The notes: generated by a model from the sequence alone, not told the origin. DNA of 64,000 nucleotides from Parcubacteria group bacterium Gr01-1014_3 (GCA_007376445.1 VMGF01000001.1:188203-252202), one strand, 5' to 3'; numbered from the stretch's first letter, positions 49,326 to 57,123 are shown. Program-made: numbers and translations.

Positions 49326-50198
49326 CTAAAGTCTGTTGATGAGGCTGCTAAAGTTATATTTCTTGAAAAATGCCATAAGACCTTCGCGATCCAGGGGCTG
49401 AACCTTGAGACTTTCCAGCGCGCCGATCTCGATCGGCACATCCCGCTTGATCGTCGCCAATTTTTTAGACATTAAGGCGATCTCTTTCTGCCCCTCCAGT
49501 TTTTTAGAGATTTTTGGATTGATGATGGCTAAGCTATCGAAAATTTCTTCGATCGTGCCAAAATCTTTTAATAAAGTAACGGCGGTTTTCGGCCCAACGC
49601 CCTTCACGCCAGGAATGTTGTCGGAAGTATCGCCGATCAAGCCTTTGTAATCCGGCAGGCGCTTTGGCCCCAATCCGTCGTACTTTGCCTCCACGCCCGG
49701 TTCATCATACAAAACCGTCTCGCTCATGCCGGTTTTGATGATCTGTCCGAGAACTTTCTGGCCTTCGACGAGCTGGAGCACATCGTTGTCGCCAGAAAAA
49801 ATAATGATCCGCCCGCCGGCCATTCCTGGATCATTCTTAAACTTTTCAACCAATGTACCGATAATATCGTCGGCCTCATAGCCCGGAATCTCAAAAGTTT
49901 TAACTTTAAAAGCGTCAAAGACTTCCCGGGTTTTTTGAAGTTGCGGGATCAGGTCGTCGGGAGCCGCCGGCCGCTGGGCCTTATATTCTTTGAAAGCCTC
50001 TTTGCGGAAAGTCGCCTCCGGCCGATCAAAGGCCGCGGCGATGTAGTCCGGTTTATTTTCTTTCAGAATCTTTAGAGTAGTCGCCGCCACGCCATAAAGC
50101 GCGTTGGTCGGAGTGCCGTCGCTAGCCGTCAGCGGCGGCAGGGCATGATAAAACCGGTGGATCAGCGCGTGAGAATCGATAAGGAAGAGGGTCTTCAT
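49326..50198 (-). CDS. 5'-3' exonuclease (PolA N-terminal domain) as a separate gene
   Basis: LIDS, AFD, YKA.R, EADDIIGT, GDTSDNIPGV.GVG.KTA. Confidence 0.93.
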   Translation of the reverse strand: MKTLFLIDSHALIHRFYHALPPLTASDGTPTNALYGVAATTLKILKENKPDYIAAAFDRPEATFRKEAFKEYKAQRPAAPDDLIPQLQKTREVFDAFKVKTFEIPGYEADDIIGTLVEKFKNDPGMAGGRIIIFSGDNDVLQLVEGQKVLGQIIKTGMSETVLYDEPGVEAKYDGLGPKRLPDYKGLIGDTSDNIPGVKGVGPKTAVTLLKDFGTIEEIFDSLAIINPKISKKLEGQKEIALMSKKLATIKRDVPIEIGALESLKVQPLDREGLMAFFKKYNFSSLINRL

Positions 50199-50295
50199 TT
50201 GTATTTACTATGACAAATGACTATGAGGATGACAAATTAAAAAGCCCTCCGACTTTAAGTCGGAGGGCTAGGCGTACAAAGAACAGAGAACGGGA

Positions 50296-50985
50296 TTACA
50301 AAACTGCTACACGACCGCGCATGTCCTCGTGCCGGCCGTCGGCATAGCGCCAGCCGACGCGGACCTCGCCGCCGCACGGACTCCAGCCCATGCCCGGAAC
50401 GCTGCCATCCCGATCACGCGAGCCGGCACAGAGCGTCCAGTTCTTCTCGTCGAGGTGCTTGCCAGTTTCGGTGAAGAACTTCAACTCGTAGAGTAGACGC
50501 TCGATGAGAGTGATGCAGTTGATGCCCTCGCTCTTGAGATCGTCTGCCGATTTGTTCTTGATCTCTTCGTCGGCCTCGACTCTGTCTCTCACCCAGATGA
50601 CGTAGGTCTTCTTGGTGTCACGCACCGACGTAATCGTGTCGAGGTTGTCGGTGTACTTCCAGACCTGCATCTTCTTCTTGAGAAGGGCGAACGCCTTGTT
50701 GGGGGTCAGGCCTTCCGGGACGAGGATCAGCCTGGTGAAGCCGGGCTCGGGGGCCGGGATCTTGAGATTGGTGATCTCTACCTTGAGACCCAGCTCGAGG
50801 TAGAGATTCTGCCACGCAGCGAGTTGGGAGTCGACATCGAAGGCCGTCTCCTTTTTCTTGCCGTCCTTGATGGCCTGGAGAATGTCGCAGACCTCCTCGA
50901 GGCTCCGCCTCCCTTCTCTCACCAACTCCATCACGCATGCCCAGAGGTCGAAGAACCTCTTCCAGGGGTCGGTTTTCGCGACCAT
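50296..50985 (-). CDS. putative C-type-lectin-fold protein with DGR-like C-terminal variable region
   Basis: C-terminus TLCAGSR..DGSVPGMGWSP..GEVRVGW......MRGRVAV; start after AAGGA. Confidence 0.65.
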   Translation of the reverse strand: MVAKTDPWKRFFDLWACVMELVREGRRSLEEVCDILQAIKDGKKKETAFDVDSQLAAWQNLYLELGLKVEITNLKIPAPEPGFTRLILVPEGLTPNKAFALLKKKMQVWKYTDNLDTITSVRDTKKTYVIWVRDRVEADEEIKNKSADDLKSEGINCITLIERLLYELKFFTETGKHLDEKNWTLCAGSRDRDGSVPGMGWSPCGGEVRVGWRYADGRHEDMRGRVAVL

Positions 50986-51126
50986 AGAACACCATCCTTT
51001 CAAATGTCCCGGTTCTAGCGGGACAACCTGATTCCTGCCTGAAGGCGAAATACCTCCAGAAACACAAGAATCATACATCAATGAACGCTCGAATTGTACC
51101 GCATAACCTCCAAAAAGTCAAATTTT

Positions 51127-51369
51127 TTAAAAGTCGCGATAAGTCTTCTCGGAACGGCGGTCTATCTTTAATAGAAAAACTTTATCGTTTTTGGTCTGAT
51201 AAATCACCCGAATGTCGCCTTTACGAACTCTGTAAATATTGTCGCTTCCTTTCAGTTTTTTAATGTTTAGATTTTTAAAAAGCCCAGCTTCTAACCGGGC
51301 TAGAATCTCCTCGATTTGTTTCTGTTCTTTGACGCTTAACTTTTTGAACGCTTTTTCGAATTGGTCCAT
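51127..51369 (-). CDS. RelE/ParE family toxin
   Basis: F.K..KKL, IKKLKG...YRVR.GD.RVIY. Confidence 0.88.
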   Translation of the reverse strand: MDQFEKAFKKLSVKEQKQIEEILARLEAGLFKNLNIKKLKGSDNIYRVRKGDIRVIYQTKNDKVFLLKIDRRSEKTYRDF

Positions 51370-51593
51370 GATCGCAACTTGGCGAGAACTTCTTCCACCG
51401 GAACGCCTCCTTTTTTAATTTTAGTAAAGTCAATGACTTCTTCCCAAATTTCATCTTCCTCGGAAAGCGGGACTATCTTGAATATCGGTTTAGACCGACG
51501 AACAATGACAAAAGAATCGCCCTTCTTTTGGATAGCGTCAATGTATTGCTCTGTGTGTTCTCTTAATTCTCTTAAACCGGCTATTTTGTTCAT
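51336..51593 (-). CDS. Phd/YefM-like antitoxin
   Basis: GLRELR......I..I.K.G.SF...RRSKPIFKI.P; directly upstream of the toxin. Confidence 0.8.
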   Translation of the reverse strand: MNKIAGLRELREHTEQYIDAIQKKGDSFVIVRRSKPIFKIVPLSEEDEIWEEVIDFTKIKKGGVPVEEVLAKLRSWTNSKKRSKS

Positions 51594-51626
51594 ACTTAAA
51601 GATTATCCTAAGATTATCTTTTGTCA

Positions 51627-51931
51627 ACCCCGCACCTTTCAAGCACCGAGAAGGCTATCGCGTATCCGTCCTTTTAATTGACCGTATGCTTTTCCAAAAT
51701 ACTTTAGATTATGTTCTCTTCGTATAGCGTCTTCTTTAGAGCGATAGCCTTCTGTGTAGACTAACCTCCACGGTTTATAACGCTTAGTCGCTTTAGATAG
51801 ACCATCGTTATGCTCTGTTAGTCTATTTTTTAAATCATTCGTATAGCCTATGTATAAAGTGTCGTTCACGGCACTTTTTATTATATATATCCAGTACATG
51901 GAAGAAGTATTGTGCTTGAAAGGTGCGGGGT
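51627..51931 (-). mobile_element. 305-bp element: GIY-YIG gene inside perfect 20-bp TIRs
   Basis: accccgcacctttcaagcac (51627-51646) / gtgcttgaaaggtgcggggt (51912-51931). Confidence 0.8.
51639..51899 (-). CDS. stand-alone GIY-YIG nuclease
   Basis: MYWIYII...LYIGYT.DL..RL.EHN.G....T..Y.PW.LVY.E....EDA.RRE..LK. Confidence 0.93.
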   Translation of the reverse strand: MYWIYIIKSAVNDTLYIGYTNDLKNRLTEHNDGLSKATKRYKPWRLVYTEGYRSKEDAIRREHNLKYFGKAYGQLKGRIRDSLLGA

Positions 51932-51944
51932 CAAGACGAGCCAA

Positions 51945-52412
51945 TTAAAAATGAATTTTCCGCTCTTTTTCTTGAGAGCCGTGCTCAAAGCGAATCCAGA
52001 TAGTGTCTTTAGGTAAAATCTTTTTTATCTGATCAGCCCATTCGATGACCACAATATTCTTCGGATTTTTCAGGACCTTATCGAAATGAAGAGTTTTTAA
52101 TTCGGCGGTTTTTTTAATCCGATAGGCGTCAACGTGATAAAAAGTTGTAAGTTTTAAGTTAGAAGTTGTAAGTTTTGGAATTGGATATGTGCGAAAGATC
52201 AAAAAAGTTGGACTCACCATGCGCCTTTTAATTCCTAGTGCTTTTGCGAATCCTTGAGTAAAAGTGGTTTTACCGGCGCCAAGATCCCCAACCAGACCGA
52301 TGATCCGGGCGTGCTTTTGGTGGGGTCCTCCGCCAGCTGGCGGACTTAGGATCTCTTTAGCTAGCTTAGCTGCTAGTTTTTTAGTTTGTTCCGCTTTCTT
52401 GGTCGTATACAT
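51945..52412 (-). CDS. tsaE: tRNA t6A biosynthesis ATPase TsaE
   Basis: GDLGAGKTT, SPTF, H.D.YR, IEWA. Confidence 0.96.
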   Translation of the reverse strand: MYTTKKAEQTKKLAAKLAKEILSPPAGGGPHQKHARIIGLVGDLGAGKTTFTQGFAKALGIKRRMVSPTFLIFRTYPIPKLTTSNLKLTTFYHVDAYRIKKTAELKTLHFDKVLKNPKNIVVIEWADQIKKILPKDTIWIRFEHGSQEKERKIHF

Positions 52413-52875
52413 TCTTTAAAATATAAACCGCTAGTGATGCCAAAATCATAGCACTCAAAATCCAGAAAATGAAAACGCTGGCCGTAGCTTCATTTTTCGC
52501 CAATGGTCCGGCTGAAATCGGCGACAACTTCTCGAATATTCCGGAATAAGTCCCGGAATTTAAATCTACATCATGCTGGGCCGGAAAACCTTCCGATAAA
52601 TTACCGGAGGTTAAGCGATCAATCTCTTTACCGGCTGGATCAATTAAATAAATAGTCTCTTCAGAATTATTAAGAGAAATCTTGGTGGTGGCGTAATTCA
52701 GCTTTAATGGCTGATTAGCCGTCAGCTTCCCGCTCAACTTAAAAATCTTGCCGCTCGCGTCTTTGAGTGACCAGCCGTCCAACGACACCGCGCCAGCGGA
52801 ATCGTTAAATAATAAAATGTATTCGCCATCGGTATCTTTCCCGACAGGATTAGGAAGAAATTCTTGAATTATCAC
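52381..52875 (-). CDS. lamin-tail domain protein with C-terminal TM anchor
   Basis: I.E.LPNP.G.D...EYI.L.N......L.GW.L.D. Confidence 0.82.
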   Translation of the reverse strand: MIIQEFLPNPVGKDTDGEYILLFNDSAGAVSLDGWSLKDASGKIFKLSGKLTANQPLKLNYATTKISLNNSEETIYLIDPAGKEIDRLTSGNLSEGFPAQHDVDLNSGTYSGIFEKLSPISAGPLAKNEATASVFIFWILSAMILASLAVYILKNVYDQESGTN

Positions 52876-52879
52876 CGCC

Positions 52880-53890
52880 CTATATTAGCAATCCTTCTGG
52901 AGGATTCAAGCCCAAATGCCGGTAGGCGGCTTCGGTAACTACGCGGCCAGAAGGAGTGCGGTGAAGTAATCCGATACTCATTAAATATGGCTCGTACATT
53001 TCCTCGATATTCCCACGCTCATCATTTAAGGCGGCGGCGAGAGTGCTAGCGCCAACTGGCCCACCTTTGAATTTCTGAATAATCGCCAATAAAAGCTGGC
53101 GATCCTGTGGTTCAAGGCCAAGTGAGTCTATTTCTAATAGATCTAGAGTTTGTTTGGCTGATTCACCGTCCACGAATTCTTTTGAATTAACCTGAGCGTA
53201 ATCCCGGACACGTTTTAATAAGCGATTGGCTACTCGAGGAGTAAACCGGGAAGCCTTTGCGATGATCTTAACAGCCGCAGAATCCACCTTAATTTTTAAC
53301 AGATCCGCGGAACGCTTCACGATGGCTTCGATATCCGGGTTTTCATAGTAGTCGAGCTTATAAGAAGCGCCGAAGCGAGAGCGGAGCGGGCCGGACAACA
53401 AATCCGCTCTGGTAGTAGCGGCAATGAGAGTGAAGGCTGGGAGATCAAGCGTGATCATTCTAGCCGCCGGACCCTTGCCGACCATCAGATGTAGCTTCCG
53501 CATCTCCATGGCCGGGTAAAGCACCTCTTCAATAGTCTTATTGATACGATGCGCCTCGTCGATAAACAAAATATCGTTCTTTTCGATATTGGTCAGCACG
53601 GCCGCGAGATCCCCCATCTTCTCCAGTGCCGGACCGGAGGTAACTTTGATATTCGCGCCAAGCTCACGAGCGACCAGGTAAGCTAAGGTGGTTTTACCGA
53701 GACCGGCTTGGCCATAAAACAGCAAATGATCACAGGCTTCACCCCGTTTTTTGGCGGCTTCCAGGATGATCTTCAGATTCCGCTTAACTTTGTCCTGACC
53801 GACATACTCCGACCAGCTGGTTGGACGTAAAAGTGAGTCTACGGTCTGATCTTCGCCTGAATTTTTGATAACTTCGATTTCGTTTGACAT
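52880..53890 (-). CDS. ruvB: Holliday junction helicase RuvB
   Basis: LRP, GLGKTT, FIDE.HR, LRSRFG, TPR.ANRLL, EPYL. Confidence 0.97.
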   Translation of the reverse strand: MSNEIEVIKNSGEDQTVDSLLRPTSWSEYVGQDKVKRNLKIILEAAKKRGEACDHLLFYGQAGLGKTTLAYLVARELGANIKVTSGPALEKMGDLAAVLTNIEKNDILFIDEAHRINKTIEEVLYPAMEMRKLHLMVGKGPAARMITLDLPAFTLIAATTRADLLSGPLRSRFGASYKLDYYENPDIEAIVKRSADLLKIKVDSAAVKIIAKASRFTPRVANRLLKRVRDYAQVNSKEFVDGESAKQTLDLLEIDSLGLEPQDRQLLLAIIQKFKGGPVGASTLAAALNDERGNIEEMYEPYLMSIGLLHRTPSGRVVTEAAYRHLGLNPPEGLLI

Positions 53891-53973
53891 TTTTTCCTAA
53901 ATTCTCTATAAGTATATATCCTGGGCGCTTAGCCCTTTTTTAATTATACACCCAGTTGAGGAGAATGAGGGGG

Positions 53974-54002
53974 TTGACAAATTAAAAAAACTGTGCTAGA
54001 AT
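53974..54002 (+). promoter_or_regulatory. consensus sigma70 promoter with extended -10
   Basis: TTGACA-17-TAGAAT with TG at the extended position; no ORF downstream. Confidence 0.75.
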
Positions 54003-54009
54003 ATCGGCA

Positions 54010-54204
54010 GTTCCTTAAGGTTGAAGATATTGATCTGTGGGCGGGAATTCTTCTTAGACACTTTGGATGGCCTGGCTCCGGCTGGACCACTCCTCGGAAT
54101 AATTCTAACCTCTTTTAAAATTTATTTTAGAAGAGTCTCTACTTTTTGCCTCTAACCGGGCATTTTGCCCACAGATCAATGTTCTCAACTCGAAAATCCT
54201 TGAA
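54010..54204 (+). ncRNA. candidate structured ncRNA
   Basis: Closing stem 54020-54042 / 54167-54189 with internal hairpins, directly after the promoter. Confidence 0.5.
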
Positions 54205-54305
54205 TTTTAAATTTCCAATTTTAAATTTTTAATGAATGATTTAATTTTGAAATTTATAAATTAATTTAAAATTAAAAATTTAGAATTTAAAATTATTCAA
54301 AGAAA

Positions 54306-55979
54306 TTAATATTGTAAAGGTCCAGTGACGCCTTCCACTTCCTCGAAGGTAGTAAGACCAGTAATCACTTTCAAAATTCCATCTTGTTGCAGGGTAACCA
54401 TGCCCTGTTTGACGGATTGTTGCTGAACTTTCAACTCGGAAACATCCGGCTTGATCAAATCCTCCATTTCATCGCCCACTTCCATCAGTTCCATTAAAGC
54501 TACCCGGCCACGATAACCCATCCCGCTGCATTTCGGGCAGCCTTTTGGTTTAAACATCTCAACTTTTTTATAATCACCCTTATTAACCCGGGCGGGAAGA
54601 CCGTTTAAGAACTTTTTGATCTTGGTCGCATCCGCGTCGGAAACTTTTTCCGGAAGTTTACACTCGCAAAGCCGGCGAACTAAACGCTGAGCAATAATTA
54701 AATTCACCGCCGTACCAATACTGGCGGCTTTTACACCTAAGTCTAAAAATCTCGGAATCGCGCCGGCGGCGGAGTTGGCGTGAACCGTGGAAAATACCAA
54801 ATGACCGGTTAAGGCGGCCTGAATGGCGATCTCGGCCGTTTCTTTGTCGCGTACCTCACCTACCAGGATCACATCCGGGTCTTGGCGCATCAGCGAACGA
54901 AGACCACTCGCGAAGGTATATCCCGCTTCCGGCTTTACCTGGGTCTGCTCGATGTCCTCGAGGCGATATTCGATTGGATCTTCAATAGTAATGATCTTAG
55001 TTTCCGGATCCCGTTTGTGCAGTAAAAAAGCATAAAGCGTGGTCGTCTTGCCGGAGCCGGTCGGACCGGTGTTCAAGATCATGCCGTTCGGTTGTTTGAG
55101 CTCGGTTTCGATAATAGCGAGATCGTCGTTACGCAAACCAAGCTGCTGGAGCGAAAGCTGGATGCCCGATGGGTCTAGCACGCGCATTACGACGGCTTCG
55201 CCGAACTCGGAAGGGTTAATGGAGACACGGATCTCAATTTCTTTTTTCGGAAGCGCGATCGTGAAGCGGCCATCTTGCGGCGCGTCGGCCACGTTAAGTT
55301 TTAAATTAGAAAGTAGCTTGATGCGGGAAAGTAAAAATCTATAAATATCCTTAGAAAGGTCCGGAACGATATCATGGAGCAGTCCATCAATGCGGTAACG
55401 TAGACGAACGCCGTGTTCCTCAGCTTCAAAGTGAATATCTGAAGCCCGGTTGGAAATCGCGCCAGCCAGCGCGACCTCGAGGATCTGCCCAGTCTGGAAA
55501 GTTTTAAAATCAAAGTCCGTGATCGCTTTTTTAACTTTTTGAATATCGGTAAGCTCGGCGGTGAGTTCGTTGAATTTTTTTTCTTCAATATTTACTTTGC
55601 CGGTAATATTTTCCGAGACCTCGCCGACGTATTTATAATAAGTCCAAGCATAAGAGAGAGCACTCGCGGAGACCACGAATAATTTTACTTGATAACCATC
55701 GGCCTGAAGTTTTTTTACCAGATCTGAAACCGCGGAAGCGGCCGGATCCACCACGGCCAGCGCCAACTCTTTCGCTTTTAATTGAAAAGGCGCGACCTGA
55801 AGACGGCGCGCCTCTTTCTCGGAAACTATTTTCAAAGCATCCACCTGAACCGGAGAAGTGGATAGGTTTAAATACGACAGCTTGGCCTGCTGCGCTGTCT
55901 TTTCAGCCGCTTTTTCTTCAGCCTCACGGCGAATCTTAGCCAACTGATCATTCAGTCCTAGTTTTGGATCCGGAACCAT
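54306..55979 (-). CDS. pilB: type IV pilus assembly ATPase (PilB/GspE family)
   Basis: ASDIH, PQDGRF, GPTGSGKTT, EDPIE, RQDPD, TGHLV.ST.H, zinc motif. Confidence 0.9.
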   Translation of the reverse strand: MVPDPKLGLNDQLAKIRREAEEKAAEKTAQQAKLSYLNLSTSPVQVDALKIVSEKEARRLQVAPFQLKAKELALAVVDPAASAVSDLVKKLQADGYQVKLFVVSASALSYAWTYYKYVGEVSENITGKVNIEEKKFNELTAELTDIQKVKKAITDFDFKTFQTGQILEVALAGAISNRASDIHFEAEEHGVRLRYRIDGLLHDIVPDLSKDIYRFLLSRIKLLSNLKLNVADAPQDGRFTIALPKKEIEIRVSINPSEFGEAVVMRVLDPSGIQLSLQQLGLRNDDLAIIETELKQPNGMILNTGPTGSGKTTTLYAFLLHKRDPETKIITIEDPIEYRLEDIEQTQVKPEAGYTFASGLRSLMRQDPDVILVGEVRDKETAEIAIQAALTGHLVFSTVHANSAAGAIPRFLDLGVKAASIGTAVNLIIAQRLVRRLCECKLPEKVSDADATKIKKFLNGLPARVNKGDYKKVEMFKPKGCPKCSGMGYRGRVALMELMEVGDEMEDLIKPDVSELKVQQQSVKQGMVTLQQDGILKVITGLTTFEEVEGVTGPLQY

Positions 55980-56116
55980 AAAATTAGAAGAGTCTCTAAA
56001 TAAAGAGTATCGTGCTTTTTAATAGCTGACAAGCCAAATCACAAGTAGTTTGACTTTTTTTCAAGAGTATGCTATAATCTCCTGGTAACTTAACAACTAC
56101 TTTTGGGAGGTGCCAG

Positions 56117-56461
56117 ATGAAAATCGTGATGCTGGCGCTGATGGGCCTGTCGCTCATTGGCTGTGGCCTGATCTCGATCGACACCGACATCCCGTTGATG
56201 TTCGGTTGCCAGATCAACGTGTTCAACGACTCCGGCTTCGTGCTGGAAATCCGGCGCAACGGCCGGCTCGTCGACTGGGTCAACCCAGGAGAGTCATATC
56301 AGGTGCGAGTGCCTTACGGACGTTCGTGTCTGATGGTGCTCGCCAAAGATGAGTGCCATGAAGTTGTCGGTACGGCTTCGTATCGGTACTGGTACGATGG
56401 TCAGCGTCCCGTCTGCGAACAGTGGGTCGTGAGCAGTAATGACCTTCGGGCGAGGCCGTAG
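56117..56461 (+). CDS. putative lipoprotein
   Basis: Lipobox LIGC, SD GGAGG, TTGACT-17-TATAAT. Confidence 0.7.
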   Translation: MKIVMLALMGLSLIGCGLISIDTDIPLMFGCQINVFNDSGFVLEIRRNGRLVDWVNPGESYQVRVPYGRSCLMVLAKDECHEVVGTASYRYWYDGQRPVCEQWVVSSNDLRARP

Positions 56462-56474
56462 GCAGGTGGAATTG

Positions 56475-56551
56475 GGGGGAGTGACGGAACAGGCATACGT
56501 ACCGGGTTTAAAACTCGGGTTTTGTGGGTTCAATTCCCACCTCCCCTACCA
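56475..56551 (+). tRNA. tRNA-Leu(TAA) with short variable loop
   Basis: GGGGGAG/CTCCCCT acceptor, CCGGG-TTTAAAA-CTCGG, GTGGG-TTCAATT-CCCAC, ACCA end. Confidence 0.85.
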
Positions 56552-56708
56552 CCGAGGGTTCATCTGGTCATCCGACCGGATGTGGAGTCGGATGACTCCA
56601 CAATTCCCCTCCTGGCCATTCCCCGAAACAAGAAAGGCTAAACCTAATTCGCTATGTGGCGAATTAGGTCGCCCGATCAAATCAGTGATTTGATTTAGGG
56701 AGAAGCGC

Positions 56709-56876
56709 ATGCTCAAGGTGAAGATCTTTGCTGGACATTACGAAAAACTCGAAGAAGAGATGAATAAGTGGCTCTCACAACAAGAACGCATCAAGATTGA
56801 CAAGGTCATGACGAAGACAACGGTAGATACCAGATGGCTGGTCATCGTCATCCTCTACCGCGATGGTGGAAGCTAG
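56709..56876 (+). CDS. 55-aa protein resembling the Cse60/DUF2758 family (not in ORF track)
   Basis: MLKVKIF....EKLEEEMNKWL....I.I...........VILY; SD AGGGAG. Confidence 0.6.
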   Translation: MLKVKIFAGHYEKLEEEMNKWLSQQERIKIDKVMTKTTVDTRWLVIVILYRDGGS

Positions 56877-56889
56877 AAAGGAGAAACGA

Positions 56890-57123
56890 ATGATCCATTA
56901 TTGGATGGACGGCAAGATTCCGGTGCAAGTACCGGAAGAGGACGTGGAGATCGCAAAACTCTACGTCCAGGAAGGCAAGCCGCGAATGGAAATCATCAAG
57001 ATGTTCGTCGCGGCCTACAAGGCAGAGGATCCGGAACACAAGAACTGGAGCTTCGGAAGAAAAACCGAGCGCGCGGTGTGCGTCGCCCATGTGGCAGAAC
57101 AACAGCTCGGCATCGTAAGGTAG
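56890..57123 (+). CDS. hypothetical protein
   Basis: SD AAGGAG; terminator follows. Confidence 0.65.
   Translation: MIHYWMDGKIPVQVPEEDVEIAKLYVQEGKPRMEIIKMFVAAYKAEDPEHKNWSFGRKTERAVCVAHVAEQQLGIVR

Noticed and set aside
54127-55998. ttagaagagtctcta direct repeat flanking pilB as a mobile-element boundary
   Set aside because: Only about 15 bp, AT-rich, one copy is part of the ncRNA candidate, and pilB is a core gene
56634-56675. c-di-GMP-I riboswitch (GGCAAAC-like start)
   Set aside because: No GAAA tetraloop and no second stem with a receptor; kept only as an unknown motif
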